In this document: positions 53,502 through 64,000 of the stretch, in pieces | Numbering within the stretch: the first letter of the stretch is position 1 | How the letters are laid out: every line of letters begins with the position of its first letter | From: Malacoraja senta | Lineage: Eukaryota | NCBI GenBank assembly: GCA_038087875.1 | Contig: JAXLNO010002790.1 | Coordinates: 372,001 to 436,000 of the forward strand | DNA: 64,000 nucleotides | Direction: 5' to 3' | The notes under the pieces: model-generated | What the model saw: the letters and a program-made list of their open reading frames with translations, nothing else | What the model was told of the DNA's origin: nothing | Databases searched by the model: none | Translations under genes and position numbers: made by a program

Positions 53502-54706
53502 CCTTGGGTGATGTTGACTGACCCACTGAGTTACTACTGCATTTTGTCTTTTTCCTTAGGAACACAATCCACCGGTTTCCTTAGTTGATTCTCAACATTT
53601 TGATCTGGAAATGCACTTTGTGTACATTCCATTAATTCATCTTCCGCCATGTTACAGCAAATTTGTTTTGTCCAGTCCATGTAAAGGTTAAAGTCTCCCA
53701 TAATTACTGTATTTCACATATCACATTTGCCATATCGACTATATATATGCCATATATTTGCCATATCATCTATACCTCTCGTTTCACTTTTCCCTAACTA
53801 GTCTGAAGAAGGGTTGTGACCCGAATCGTTACCCATTCCTTCTCTCCAGAGATGCTGCCTGTCCCGCTGAGTTACTCCAGCTCTTTGTGTCTATCCAGTT
53901 TAAACCAGCATCTGCAGTTGCTTCCGACACAGAGCAACTTGGTTATGGTGTTCCTTTTAACAGAAAGCAAGTTTTATTGCTGGGTTTTATTGACTTTTTA
54001 AATGGGGTCTGGTTGGTCTGCTCTGTGATGCTTTTGGCAGGTTCAGGCTGAACTAGATGAACATCTAAAATTGTAAGATTAAACGAGAACTTACCAAGTT
54101 TGAAGTTTGATCTTTATTTTATGAGGAGTAACGTTGAGGGATTACGTGAAGAAGCCCCGTCCAGCCGCACACGCGTCAATCTTTCAAAGCAGCGGAGTGA
54201 CAATCACAGACGATAATTACTGAAGTATGATAGTAAGATGCATAAAGACTTAGAACTACCAGCTTGATCTTTTTATGAGGGTGGGAGCGGAGGGCACGTA
54301 ATCCCTCAACGTTACTCCTCATAAAATAAAGATCAAACTTCAAACTTGATAAGTTCTCGTTTAATCTTACTATTTTACTTCGGAGTCACGTGAGTGACTA
54401 CGTGAAGATTTCAAAGCTCTGTGATTTCACACCGTGGATTCAAATCCAGGTGTTCACTGCATCGATTGACTCTATTTGAGTAAGCACAATCAACAATGCA
54501 TAACCACAACATTTGAATGTAATCAGTTAATGGTTTTATTTATTTTAATAAAAATAACTAAAATTAGGCCCATTTATAATATGGGGGATTTAATACTGTA
54601 TCCAGCACAGCATCACCAAACCCTCTGAGATCTTTAATCTCCTTGTGGTAATACTTGTGAAACATCTGTTCACTTGCCCATCCTGCAGCCGCGAGAATAA
54701 GGTCTA

Positions 54707-55518
54707 TTAGCACGCTGAATCCCTGGCCGCTGATGTTGATGCCGCCCTCGTGGAATGAGATTTAAATTTATCAGTATCAACACCTGAATATCTCAACACC
54801 TGTTTCAACCATCGTGAAATTGTTTGTGTTGATACTTTCTTATGAGGCTTTTTATGACTAATAAAAAATGCCAATTCGGCACCTCTTAAAACTTTTGTTG
54901 TTTCTATGTAACATTTCACATATGTTACTACACACAGTCGTGAATCTGTCGGTAATGCTAAAAATTCCAACTTGCATCCTGTGGACCCAGGTCTACTTTG
55001 CTTCAGTAAATCATAGACATAGAATGTCACGGCATTTTGCCCTACTTTCATTCTATCAATTCTGAGTTTCTGTAATGTTTGAACTCTCTGCGCTGAAACT
55101 AATGCCATGAGCATAACCAATTTCATGGTAATTTTGGATAATGACAGAGTTTCAACTGGATTCCAACTCCTTAGGAACATCAGTACATCTTTTACATTCC
55201 AAATTTCTGTATACCTGGGTCTGGGAGGATTAGAGTTGAAATTCCTTTCATAAACCTACAGACCCAAGGATGTTCTCCAATTGGAGTTTGTTCTGATTCA
55301 CTGCTTAAATATGCAGAGAGTGCACTTCGTGCAGTATTAATTGCACTATAACTTAATTTCAATTCATAGTGTAGAGTTGAAAGAAACTCTATTACATCTG
55401 AAATTTCTACTGTGTTATATGCAATATTCTTTCCTGAACAAAACACCTCCCATTTCTTTATATAGGAAATGTACTGCTTCTGGGTACTATTCCTCCAGGC
55501 TGCTGTCATAACCTCCAC
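54707..55518 (-). pseudogene. DIRS tyrosine recombinase, disrupted
   Basis: ORFs 55192-55518 and 54707-55180: SAQRVQ.L, HKKPHKKV..TISRW.K, FKSHSTRAASTS. Confidence 0.88.
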
Positions 55519-55631
55519 CGTACGGTCTGATAATCCTTTTCCAAGATATGCCTTCTTAGAATCTGCAAATCAACAAACCAATACGATTATGTAAAGGATG
55601 TGATTCATTAGTCACAGGGTGTACAAGCAGT

Positions 55632-57382
55632 TCAATCTGCTTTGGAATAACCATAAGGGGTTTTTTGATCATTTTTAACACCAGTGGGTACCATACCTGT
55701 GTAGGCCAATCTGGTACTACCAAAATCCCTGAGGCTTGAATCTTGTTTAATTTTCTGTATGCATTTGTGGATTAAACAAAATGGTGGAAAAGCATACAGA
55801 AACATACCACCCCAATGTAGCGAGAAAGCATCCACCACTACTGCTCCAGGATCAGGTTCCTATGACACATACTTAGTCAACTGGTGGTTCAATCTTGATG
55901 CAACCAGATCACTTTCTGGCATTCCAAATTGTGTGATAATTTGTGTGAATATTTTCCGATTTAACATCCATTCTGTATTATCATTAAATTTACGTGATCT
56001 TTTGTCTGCAATTGTATTAATTTTTACCTGGTAAATATATTGCTGACAGCCAAATTTTTCTGCCAATACCCCAGGTCCAAATTTCATTTGCCAATTTATC
56101 ACATGATTCTGATTTTATACCACCCATGTGATTTATGTATGCTACAGCTGTAGTATTGTCAACCTGTACCTGAACATGCACATTTCCCATATCAGTGCAA
56201 TAAGCTCTAAGGCCGTAAAATGCGCCTAATAGCTCTAGATAATTGATTCCCAGATTTTCCAGCAAAGGTACTTCATTCACATTCCACCTACCTCCACAGC
56301 TGGAAATCATGTTAGTAGCGCCCCAACTCAGCACACTTACATCAGTCTGTAGAGTGACACCATTCTATTTCTGTTATGGATTGAATTGTTAATTTCATGG
56401 GCCTATCAAAATGCCCTCTATTCATTTTTAACGCTTGTACCTTAGCTCTCTGTAAACATTGATAATGCAATGGTCCAAACGTGACCGCTGGAAATCCTGC
56501 AATTAATTTGCCTAGCAAGCTTGCCACTTCTCTAATTGAAGGTGTGTCCTTGTTAATGAGTTTTATGCAACCTTCAATTAACTGCAGCTTTTTATCTTTT
56601 GGCAAAGTGATTAACATGTGTTCGGAGTTAATTGTGAACCCTAGCTAATCAATCTTTTTGCTTGGTAACAATTTAGATTTTTGTAGGTGAATAATGAAAC
56701 CTAATTTCTCAAAATGTATTTGACTCTGGATACTGACAAATTTGCAGCAGCCAAAGTGTCCCGTACAATGAGGATATCATCTAAATAAGCCATTAATACA
56801 TGGCCCTCAGCTCTTAACAGAGCTAAAATTTGGTTTGAGCAATTTAGTGAATAATCTTGGTGCTGAAATCAGACCAAGCAGAATAATATGCATTTTGCAG
56901 ATCTATGCTTGCCTTATAGCAATTCTTTGTGACTAGCTAAATTGCATTATTAAATGTTTCCATTTTGAAATGTTTCTATTGTACATAAAGGTTAAGATTT
57001 GTCAGATCGGAAATGATTCTATATCCACCATCCCTTTTCTAGGAGAATATTCCTAGGAGAATATTTGACACAAACTGATGGTGTTGTTCTCCTGACATTT
57101 ATATCATCCTTTGATTAACCCATTCTCTTCCTTTGAGAAAATCCGTGACCAGTTTGAATTATGCTGAATTGGAGGATCCAAACATGGAGATAACTCAATT
57201 TTGAATCCTACAATGCTACATAGAATAAATGAATCATTTGTTATTGATTGCCATTCTTTTAGGAAGAATCGTAACCTTCCCCCTATTTGTGAGTGTGAAA
57301 CATTTGTTGTGTTTCTTACCAGACCAAGCCCCCTAACCTCGGGGTTTGCCACCGGCAGTTGTTGTCCCCTTCTAGTAGGCAC
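55632..57382 (-). pseudogene. DIRS RT / RNase H / adenine-methyltransferase domains, disrupted
   Basis: IGGRLRFFLKEW; YLDD; INYLELLG..VDNTTAVAYINHMGG; DLVASRLNHQL; DAFSLHW..YAFPPF. Confidence 0.85.
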
Positions 57383-58983
57383 ATTGTAACCTCCACGTAT
57401 ACTCGGTGCAGCACGTCAACGTGTATACGAGAATGATAGGATTGTTCCTTCTCCAGCACCACATTTCGCCTGTAGGGATACTGCCTTCTCACCGCTCTGC
57501 TCAGCACAGGTGATCCTTTAATTTCTTTGCTAGATTTTCTCCAAAACAGATTTAGGCATTTGTATATTGCATGGTTTGCAGAGCCTGCATACTTAGGATG
57601 AATATTTGGTCTTATTGCATTTTTATGAATACAATTTATTTCAAAGTGCACACTACACATGAGTGCTACATTTTGTTGTGAATACGATATATAACCTTCA
57701 TCCAAACCACTGACCCCAGAAATTTCAGCACTTGTGTAATTTCAATTCTTGTGAGCGTAAACCATTGCTCAAATTCCCCATATCAAGTTTATTCACTGCT
57801 GTAACTGCTACAATTTCCCGGGTCTCATATTTTTTGATACTCTCATCCATGGTTAATTCCTGGGCTGATGGGAGAGTAGATAATTTATAGTCATAGCTAT
57901 TTCCTCTCTCAAAGGTTCCCCTGTTACTCTGGGAACAGCAAAGTTTTGTGCCAGCCTTGGAACATTTTTGGCTCTGATAATGGGCTCTTGTCCTCATTTA
58001 AATCATCATCTAAATCTAGATATTCATTTTTATGTTGGGTAATTTCTGGCTCCCCTGTTTCAGGTAAGTCTCTGCCAGATTCCCCCTGCGCGGGCTCTCT
58101 TGTAGGCCCACGGACAGGCAGCCCTGCTTCAGGTGCTGCTGGCGCTGGCTCAATTCTAGGCCAACGCTTCATTATTTTTACTCTTTATATTTGTCGGTGC
58201 TGGCACATTTATCATTGCACGTTTGTGCTGCCTTTTGTTCAGGCATTTCTGGTACTGGCTCTCCAATAGGCCAACACATAACTTGCCTTTTTTCTGGCAT
58301 TTTTGGGCACTGGCTCTCCTGTAGGCCAACCTCTTTAATGTTTCTGCACAGGCACTGATGGCTCTCCTGTAGGCCACCCTTGTGCCTGTTCCAAGGCACC
58401 TCCTGTGCTATACTTCATTGGCCAACACCGACTTAAATCCTCCTGTGGGGGTTCTTTACAAATCATCTGCCCCATAAGGAGTTAAAACGTTTTTGACCCT
58501 TGCAGTGTAATACTCTTTCCTGCCTGAGGAGGGCATACCTCCGGTTCTGACTCATCCGAGTCTACAGGTCGGGCCGATTTTCTTTTCTCAGCCTTGCGCC
58601 CGCCCGCGGCGGTTTAACGCACATTCGACCACAACGGGAGTTAATGGCTTCGCTGCCACTGACTCCCCTGACTGACGCCCGCTACCCTTAGGATCTGGGG
58701 TTTTACTACGGTGCGTCCCTGGCCGCCTCTCCTTCCCATTTCTCCATAATAAACTTGAGTGGAGCTCCACCAACAAGTCTAAACGGGAAGGAAACGCTCC
58801 TGTAAGTGAAAAGTAACTCCACTTACCTTCCGACTTTTGTTTTACTTTTGTTTTACTCACCGGCTGGGGGAGATCCTGCTCCTCCACATACGGTCATGAA
58901 CGCTATGCGTCTGATCGACAATGACGCGTGTGCGGCTGGACGCGGCTTCTTCACGTAGTCACTCACGTGACTCCGAAGTAAAA

Positions 58984-59165
58984 TTAACATACTGTTCATG
59001 CAAGAAAACAAACTGTGAGAAATCAAGTACAGGGAAGGAAGATGCTCATGTCAACAGCATGGTGAGCCATGTACAGATTTATGTCAGTATGTTGACTGCA
59101 GAAACTCTATTACTGCAAAAGACTTGGAATCTGATGAAGAATATTCAGATGAAGATCAGATGTAT
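58984..59165 (+). pseudogene. CXC (tesmin/TSO1-like, Cys8-9) zinc-finger plus acidic tail remnant, probably the C-terminus of an Academ-type DNA transposon protein
   Basis: YCSCKKTNCEKSSTG / (frameshift) GRCSCQQHGEPCTDLCQYVDCRN..ESDEEYSDEDQM. Family assignment is from recall of AcademX architecture. Confidence 0.62.
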
Positions 59166-61529
59166 TGTAAACAAATAAATTGGGGAAATAAATGATTATA
59201 TAAAGTTTTATTTTAATGTCCATCGTTTCACTGTTTATTTGATCAAATTATTTAAACAATGAGTGAATATCTTATGATAATGGCGTGCTGGTGAATGACC
59301 CACCCACCCATCCACACATACATACATACACACACATACGCACACACACATCCATCCGTACGCACACTTCCATGCATGCACACACACAAACATGCACACA
59401 TACATCCACGCATCCACACACACATCCGCACACACACACACATCCACATCCATCCGCACGCAGACATACCTGCACACATCCATCCACACATATACATCCA
59501 CACACACACACACATCCACACATACATCCACACATACTTCCACACATTTACATCCACACATCTACAGCTACACGTTTGACAGGTATACACAGACACACAC
59601 ACACACAAACTACAGAACTACAGATACTCAAACAATGCAACCCTTTTAGGGTTCTTTTAGGTTAAAGCTAATAGCCCTCATTTGCAAAGGCACCATGGTG
59701 GGGAGGGGGGGGGTCCTCTAACATAAATATAGGCTCATTGTAGCATAAAAAGAATACTCATCGAGTAAACATCAGAGCATTCGATTCTTGGTCAGGATGT
59801 GACATTTACATCAGAAATAAGACAGGTCTCTTACAGGACTGTCCCCCAGCCTGGCACTGCCCCAGTCCCACTATGGCCATGACCCCCACTATCCCCACTA
59901 TGGCAGTCAGTGGGGTTTAGTAAATGGGGGATCCCAGAGGATCTGTCCTGACCCTTTAATTAGGCAGGTTCATGAGCCCTTAAAACCTGGGACCTCTGCG
60001 GCAGTCTCATTCATTTTCCTATTAAAGCGACTGGAAGATGCCTTGCAGGTCTGTCCCCCAGTCTGGCGCTGCCCCAGACCCACTATGGCCATGACCCCCA
60101 CTCTGCACACTGGCAGTCAGTGGGGTTCAGTAAAGGGAGGAATCCACAAGAACTGCCCTCACCCATTAATTAGGCTGGTTCAGGAGCCAGACCTCTGGAG
60201 CAGTCTCATTCAAAAAACACTCACAATTATATTCATTATATTATTATTATATAATATAATTATACTTAATTATATATGATTACAGTCATATTTACGTCAT
60301 ATATATATGACGAGTTATAACTGACGAGTTATGACTTCCTTCTCAATGTAGGCTGTGGGCCGAGCATCAAAAATGTGTCTGGAAATCAGTTTCCGTGACC
60401 CGTCACCAAACTACATGAAATTTTCCATAGATTTAGATGAAATATAAGTGAGAACGATGTTATAACTCGTCATTGCCAAAAGCTGCACATTAATTAATTA
60501 AACTAATTAGAAAATGAGATCGGGAAAATAAACGCCATCTAGTGGCCAATGCCCATATTACACCATGGGCAGCCTATTTCCGTGTTGCAGTCCATTTAAA
60601 CTATATATTATACATATATATATATATAAAACTTGTAAATATGACTGTAATCATATATAATTAAATATAATTATATTATGTAAAAATAATATGATGAATA
60701 TAATTGTGAGTGTTTTTTTAATGGCACTGTCGCAGAGGTCCTGCTCCTGAACCTGCCTAATTAAATGGTCAGGACAGATCCTCTGGGTTCCCCCATTTAC
60801 TGAAACCCGCTGACTACCATAGTGGGGAGAGTGGGGGTAACAGCCATAGTGGGACTGGGGCAGTGCCAGGCTGGGGGACAGTCCTGTAAGAGATCTGTCT
60901 TATTTCTGATGTTAATGTCACATCCTGGCCAAGAATCGAATGCTCTGATGTTTACTCGATGAGTATTAATTTAAAGCTACAATGAGCTTATATTTATGTT
61001 AGAGCCCCCCCCCCCCCCGATGGTGCCTTTGCAAATGAGGGCTATTACCTTTAACCTAAAAGAACCCTAAACATGTTGCATTGTTTATCTCTAGTTTGTG
61101 TGTGTGTCTGTGTATACCTTTCAAACGTGTATCTGTGGATGTGTGTATGTACGTGTGGATGGATGTATGTGTGCATGTATGTGTGGACGTGTACATATAT
61201 GTCTACGTGTGAATGGATGTGTGGATGTGTGTGTATGCGGATTTATGTGTGCATGTATGTGTGTGTTTGCATGCATGGAAGTGTGCGTACGGATGGATGT
61301 GTGTGTGGATGTGTGAATGTATGTATGTCTGTGTGGATCGGTGGGTGAATGTCGCAGTCATTCACCAGCACGCCATTATCATAAGTAATTCACTCATTGT
61401 TTAAATAATTTGACCAAATAAACAGTGAAACGATCGACATTAAATAATCATTTATTTCCCCAATTTATTTTGTTTACATTACATCTGATCTTCATCTGAA
61501 TATTCTTCATCAGATTCAAAGTATTTTGC
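59114..61529. repeat. Large imperfect inverted repeat (arms ~59114-60295 and ~60632-61529, spacer ~340 bp)
   Basis: For example gaatctgatgaagaatattcagatgaagatcagatgta at 59127 and its reverse complement at ~61480-61517. (CA)n and (TG)n tracts mirror each other; a ~200-bp subrepeat is present twice on the left and once on the right. Confidence 0.92.
60533..60547 (-). promoter_or_regulatory. CTCF-like core motif
   Basis: Minus strand GGCCACTAGATGGCG resembles the CTCF core consensus CCAC/GCAGRKGGCR; motif match only. Confidence 0.35.
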
Positions 61530-62075
61530 GATAGTTCAAGTTCAAGTGGAGGGTCAGGCAGAGGCTACAGAAAAAAAATCTCATAGTCATTAAGTCTGCA
61601 TGGACTTCAATTCATAAAATTTCAACTCTTCTTAATGTTAATGAGAATAACAATAGGTTACTACCATAGAAAAATTAGTTCAAGTTCACATACACCAATT
61701 CATTTCTACAGAAACATCAACCATTTCTGACCATTTCTCACTCCAATAGAAGCCTATAAAGTGCGATAAATATCCCTCCGTTTTTCTCCGTGGTCGGGGC
61801 CTGGAAATTGGCTGCTGCGGACGGCACTATGTACAGCCTCCCCGCCGCGGAAATGATCCAAACACACCCCGTGGCTCCGCGTTCGCGAATCGGCCACTTC
61901 TTAATTGAGACTGCGGCTTCACTATATCAAGTACCTAGGCCCCGCGGTCAGAGCACTTTTTCCCGGTAAGTTATCGCAGGCAGCTCCAAGATTAGATGTT
62001 AAAGACTTATTAGACTACAACAAGCTGGCATTAGTGAAAATGTGTAATTTACTGTGTTATGGATACACATAGTTT

Positions 62076-62250
62076 NNNNNNNNNNNNNNNNNNNNNNNNN
62101 NNNNNNNNNNNNNNNNNNNNNNNNNNNNNNNNNNNNNNNNNNNNNNNNNNNNNNNNNNNNNNNNNNNNNNNNNNNNNNNNNNNNNNNNNNNNNNNNNNNN
62201 NNNNNNNNNNNNNNNNNNNNNNNNNNNNNNNNNNNNNNNNNNNNNNNNNN
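62076..62250. other. Assembly gap (175 N)
   Basis: Run of n characters. Confidence 0.99.
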
Positions 62251-62303
62251 CTAATTTTTTCACATTATAAAAGGGTGCAATTAAATTAATTAAAGTCCAT
62301 ACA

Positions 62304-62819
62304 TGTGAGGAAGGGGTTAATAGGTATAGTTGATTTGAACTAAGCAGCACGAACACCTGACAATACACAGATAGATAATAGCCGTGAGTACAAATGGTGA
62401 CATTTCAAGGATGGGAAAAAGGAGATAGCGACAACCCAGCAAAGAACTAGGGTAAGGGTCATGAGCAACTCTCTGTGCGCATGGGCAATGAACTTACATT
62501 AATATGTACACACGCCCATCATGACAAGTTGTCTCATTTAAATGCACATGCGATGTATGATCTGGGAGGTACCCTGGGCGTTGCGGGGCGTTACGGTTAG
62601 ATTGTGCACCTCAGTGCTCTGATTGGAAGGAGCCCGAAGGGGAGGAATTAAAGGTGCAAACCACTGTAAAATGGTGTGAATTAAACAGAGTGACTTTCCT
62701 GGTCTCGGTGTGTCTTGATAGGGGAGACACCCGACTCTGCAGACTTGCTAATAAATAAACTTGTTTCTCTAAATTCTCTAGCATCGTGATTGTGAGCAAT
62801 CAGTTTTTTGCACCTCACA
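62304..62819 (+). mobile_element. Endogenous retrovirus 5' LTR (516 bp)
   Basis: Terminal inverted repeat TGTGAGG...CCTCACA; AATAAA at ~62750; directly followed by a PBS. Confidence 0.82.
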
Positions 62820-62821
62820 GA

Positions 62822-62840
62822 TGGGGGCTCGTCTCGGGAT
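62822..62840 (+). promoter_or_regulatory. Primer-binding site for tRNA-Pro
   Basis: TGGGGGCTCGTCTCGGGAT versus the MLV-type PBS-Pro TGGGGGCTCGTCCGGGAT (one extra T), 2 nt after the LTR end. Confidence 0.85.
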
Positions 62841-63103
62841 TGCCACTCCGGCCAGCTGGCGGCGGTATACAGGAGAAGGGACGGTGCACCCCGCTGATTC
62901 AGTGGCCCTAGACCCCTTGCTTGCCGTCAGCGGTTTGAGCGAGTGATATCCCAGACCAGAGATTAGAGAAAAAAGTGGGAGTAGTTGGAAATCGCGAGGA
63001 GACAAATCGAGTGATTCTTGTGCACAAGACCAGGGTAAGAAAACTGACTATTAAGTACTACTCGGGCGATTAAATAGATCGCGGGGAAATTCCGATCGGG
63101 TGG

Positions 63104-63250
63104 ATGGTCAATGAAAACGGAAAGCCCAAAAGGGAGGGGAAGGGCGGTAAGCCCGACCCCTGCATTCTGCCTAATAGTCCGTTGGGGCGAATGCTGAGCC
63201 TCTGGGGGCAGAGAAATACCCAGGGATTGGAGAAGACAAAAATGATTTGA
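63104..63250 (+). pseudogene. Class I ERV gag matrix start with premature stop
   Basis: MVNENGKPK..CILPNSPLGRMLSLW..GLEKTKMI*FC; the 'SPLG..L..W..K..I.FC' pattern as I recall it for class I ERV matrix. Confidence 0.6.
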
Positions 63251-64000
63251 TTCTGTTATTTTGAGTTTTAATACATATAAAAGATGTTGCATTTATTTGA
63301 AGTAAGAATGGAACGAATGTGATTTGTGTGTAAAAACCGGTTTGGAACGAAAGAGGAAGTTTATATATGTGATAATTATTTTGTTTATTCTATTTGTAGA
63401 CCACATTGTAAGAGTAAGTAAGTAAGTAAGTTTTATTAGAATCAAAAATGTCCACTGTAGGTAGGTGTATGTTCCTTTAAATAAATCAGGTCATGGTGAA
63501 AGGCGACGAACAGCTGTAAGATAACGATTAATTGTTTGTATCTTCGTAACCTAGAAGGGGAAATTGTAAAATCAGCTTTTGGTTTTTCTGATGTTCTTTT
63601 AGATTTCTAGTCAGTAAAGATCATTTGGAAAATTGTTACTAGTGCTAGGAATTGGACATTTAAAATAGTGGTGAATATGGATTGAAATAATTGGAAATAA
63701 GTTAATTGGTAAACATTCAAGTTTAGAAAGAAAGGAGAGAGAGGCAGTTAGAAGATAACAGAAGTAGAAAAACGACAGGCGTGAAAGTAATAAAGCAGGA
63801 GGAGTCAGTGGAAGATTTAAAAAAGAAAGGTGAATGAATTTGCAAGGAGGCTAGAATATTTGAGAAACAAGAAATTGAGTTTAGAATAAGAAAGAAGGCA
63901 TACCAGAACGGATTAAAGTTGGAAGCATTGGGATAAAGTGATGAGACTGCTTTAAAGAGAAAAGAGAAGGACAGGCACAGATTATCCCTTGGGGCACCCA

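Larger units (their letters stand above)
54073..58983 (-). mobile_element. Full-length-structure DIRS1-like tyrosine-recombinase retrotransposon (~4.9 kb), ORFs decayed
   Basis: Left ITR ~58920-58983; right ITR plus extension 54073-54178; ICR 54295-54408 complementary to both termini. Order on minus strand: gag, RT (MAYLDD at ~56790), RNase H, methyltransferase (YAFPPF), YR (SHSTRAASTS). Confidence 0.92.

Noticed and set aside
59235-61404. Cys/Val/Met-rich and His/Thr-rich ORFs
   Set aside because: Translations of degenerate (CA)n/(TG)n microsatellites in the inverted-repeat arms.
62054-62368. ORFs containing X runs
   Set aside because: Artefacts of the N gap.

Overview
Vertebrate genomic DNA, most likely from a cartilaginous fish (elasmobranch, possibly a skate). 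This is inferred from the repeat set (HE1/V-SINE-type SINEs, HER1/CR1 LINEs, Penelope, Rex1, DIRS) and the MHC sequence; the species cannot be fixed from sequence alone. Two host genes lie on the + strand. (1) A divergent MHC class I-like gene: alpha1 exon 5464-5724 and alpha2 exon 20315-20589, separated by a 14.6-kb intron. The alpha2 exon is 1 nt short in an A-run, and I found no leader, alpha3 or TM exon. (2) A complete five-coding-exon NXPE3-like gene (26751-44393, 575 aa by my splice model), whose last 52 codons and 3' flank are tandemly duplicated (~1.46 kb). The rest is mostly mobile DNA: nested hAT-in-hAT, Harbinger-type MITEs, CR1/Rex1/L1/RTE/Penelope fragments with minimal hammerhead-ribozyme motifs, and a structurally complete but decayed DIRS1-type element inserted into a CXC-zinc-finger (Academ-like) ORF remnant. 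Further right are a ~2.4-kb inverted repeat, a 175-N gap and the 5' end of an endogenous retrovirus (LTR, PBS-Pro, gag start). All calls come from manual reading and remembered family motifs; no database searches were run, and repeat boundaries without a TSD are approximate.
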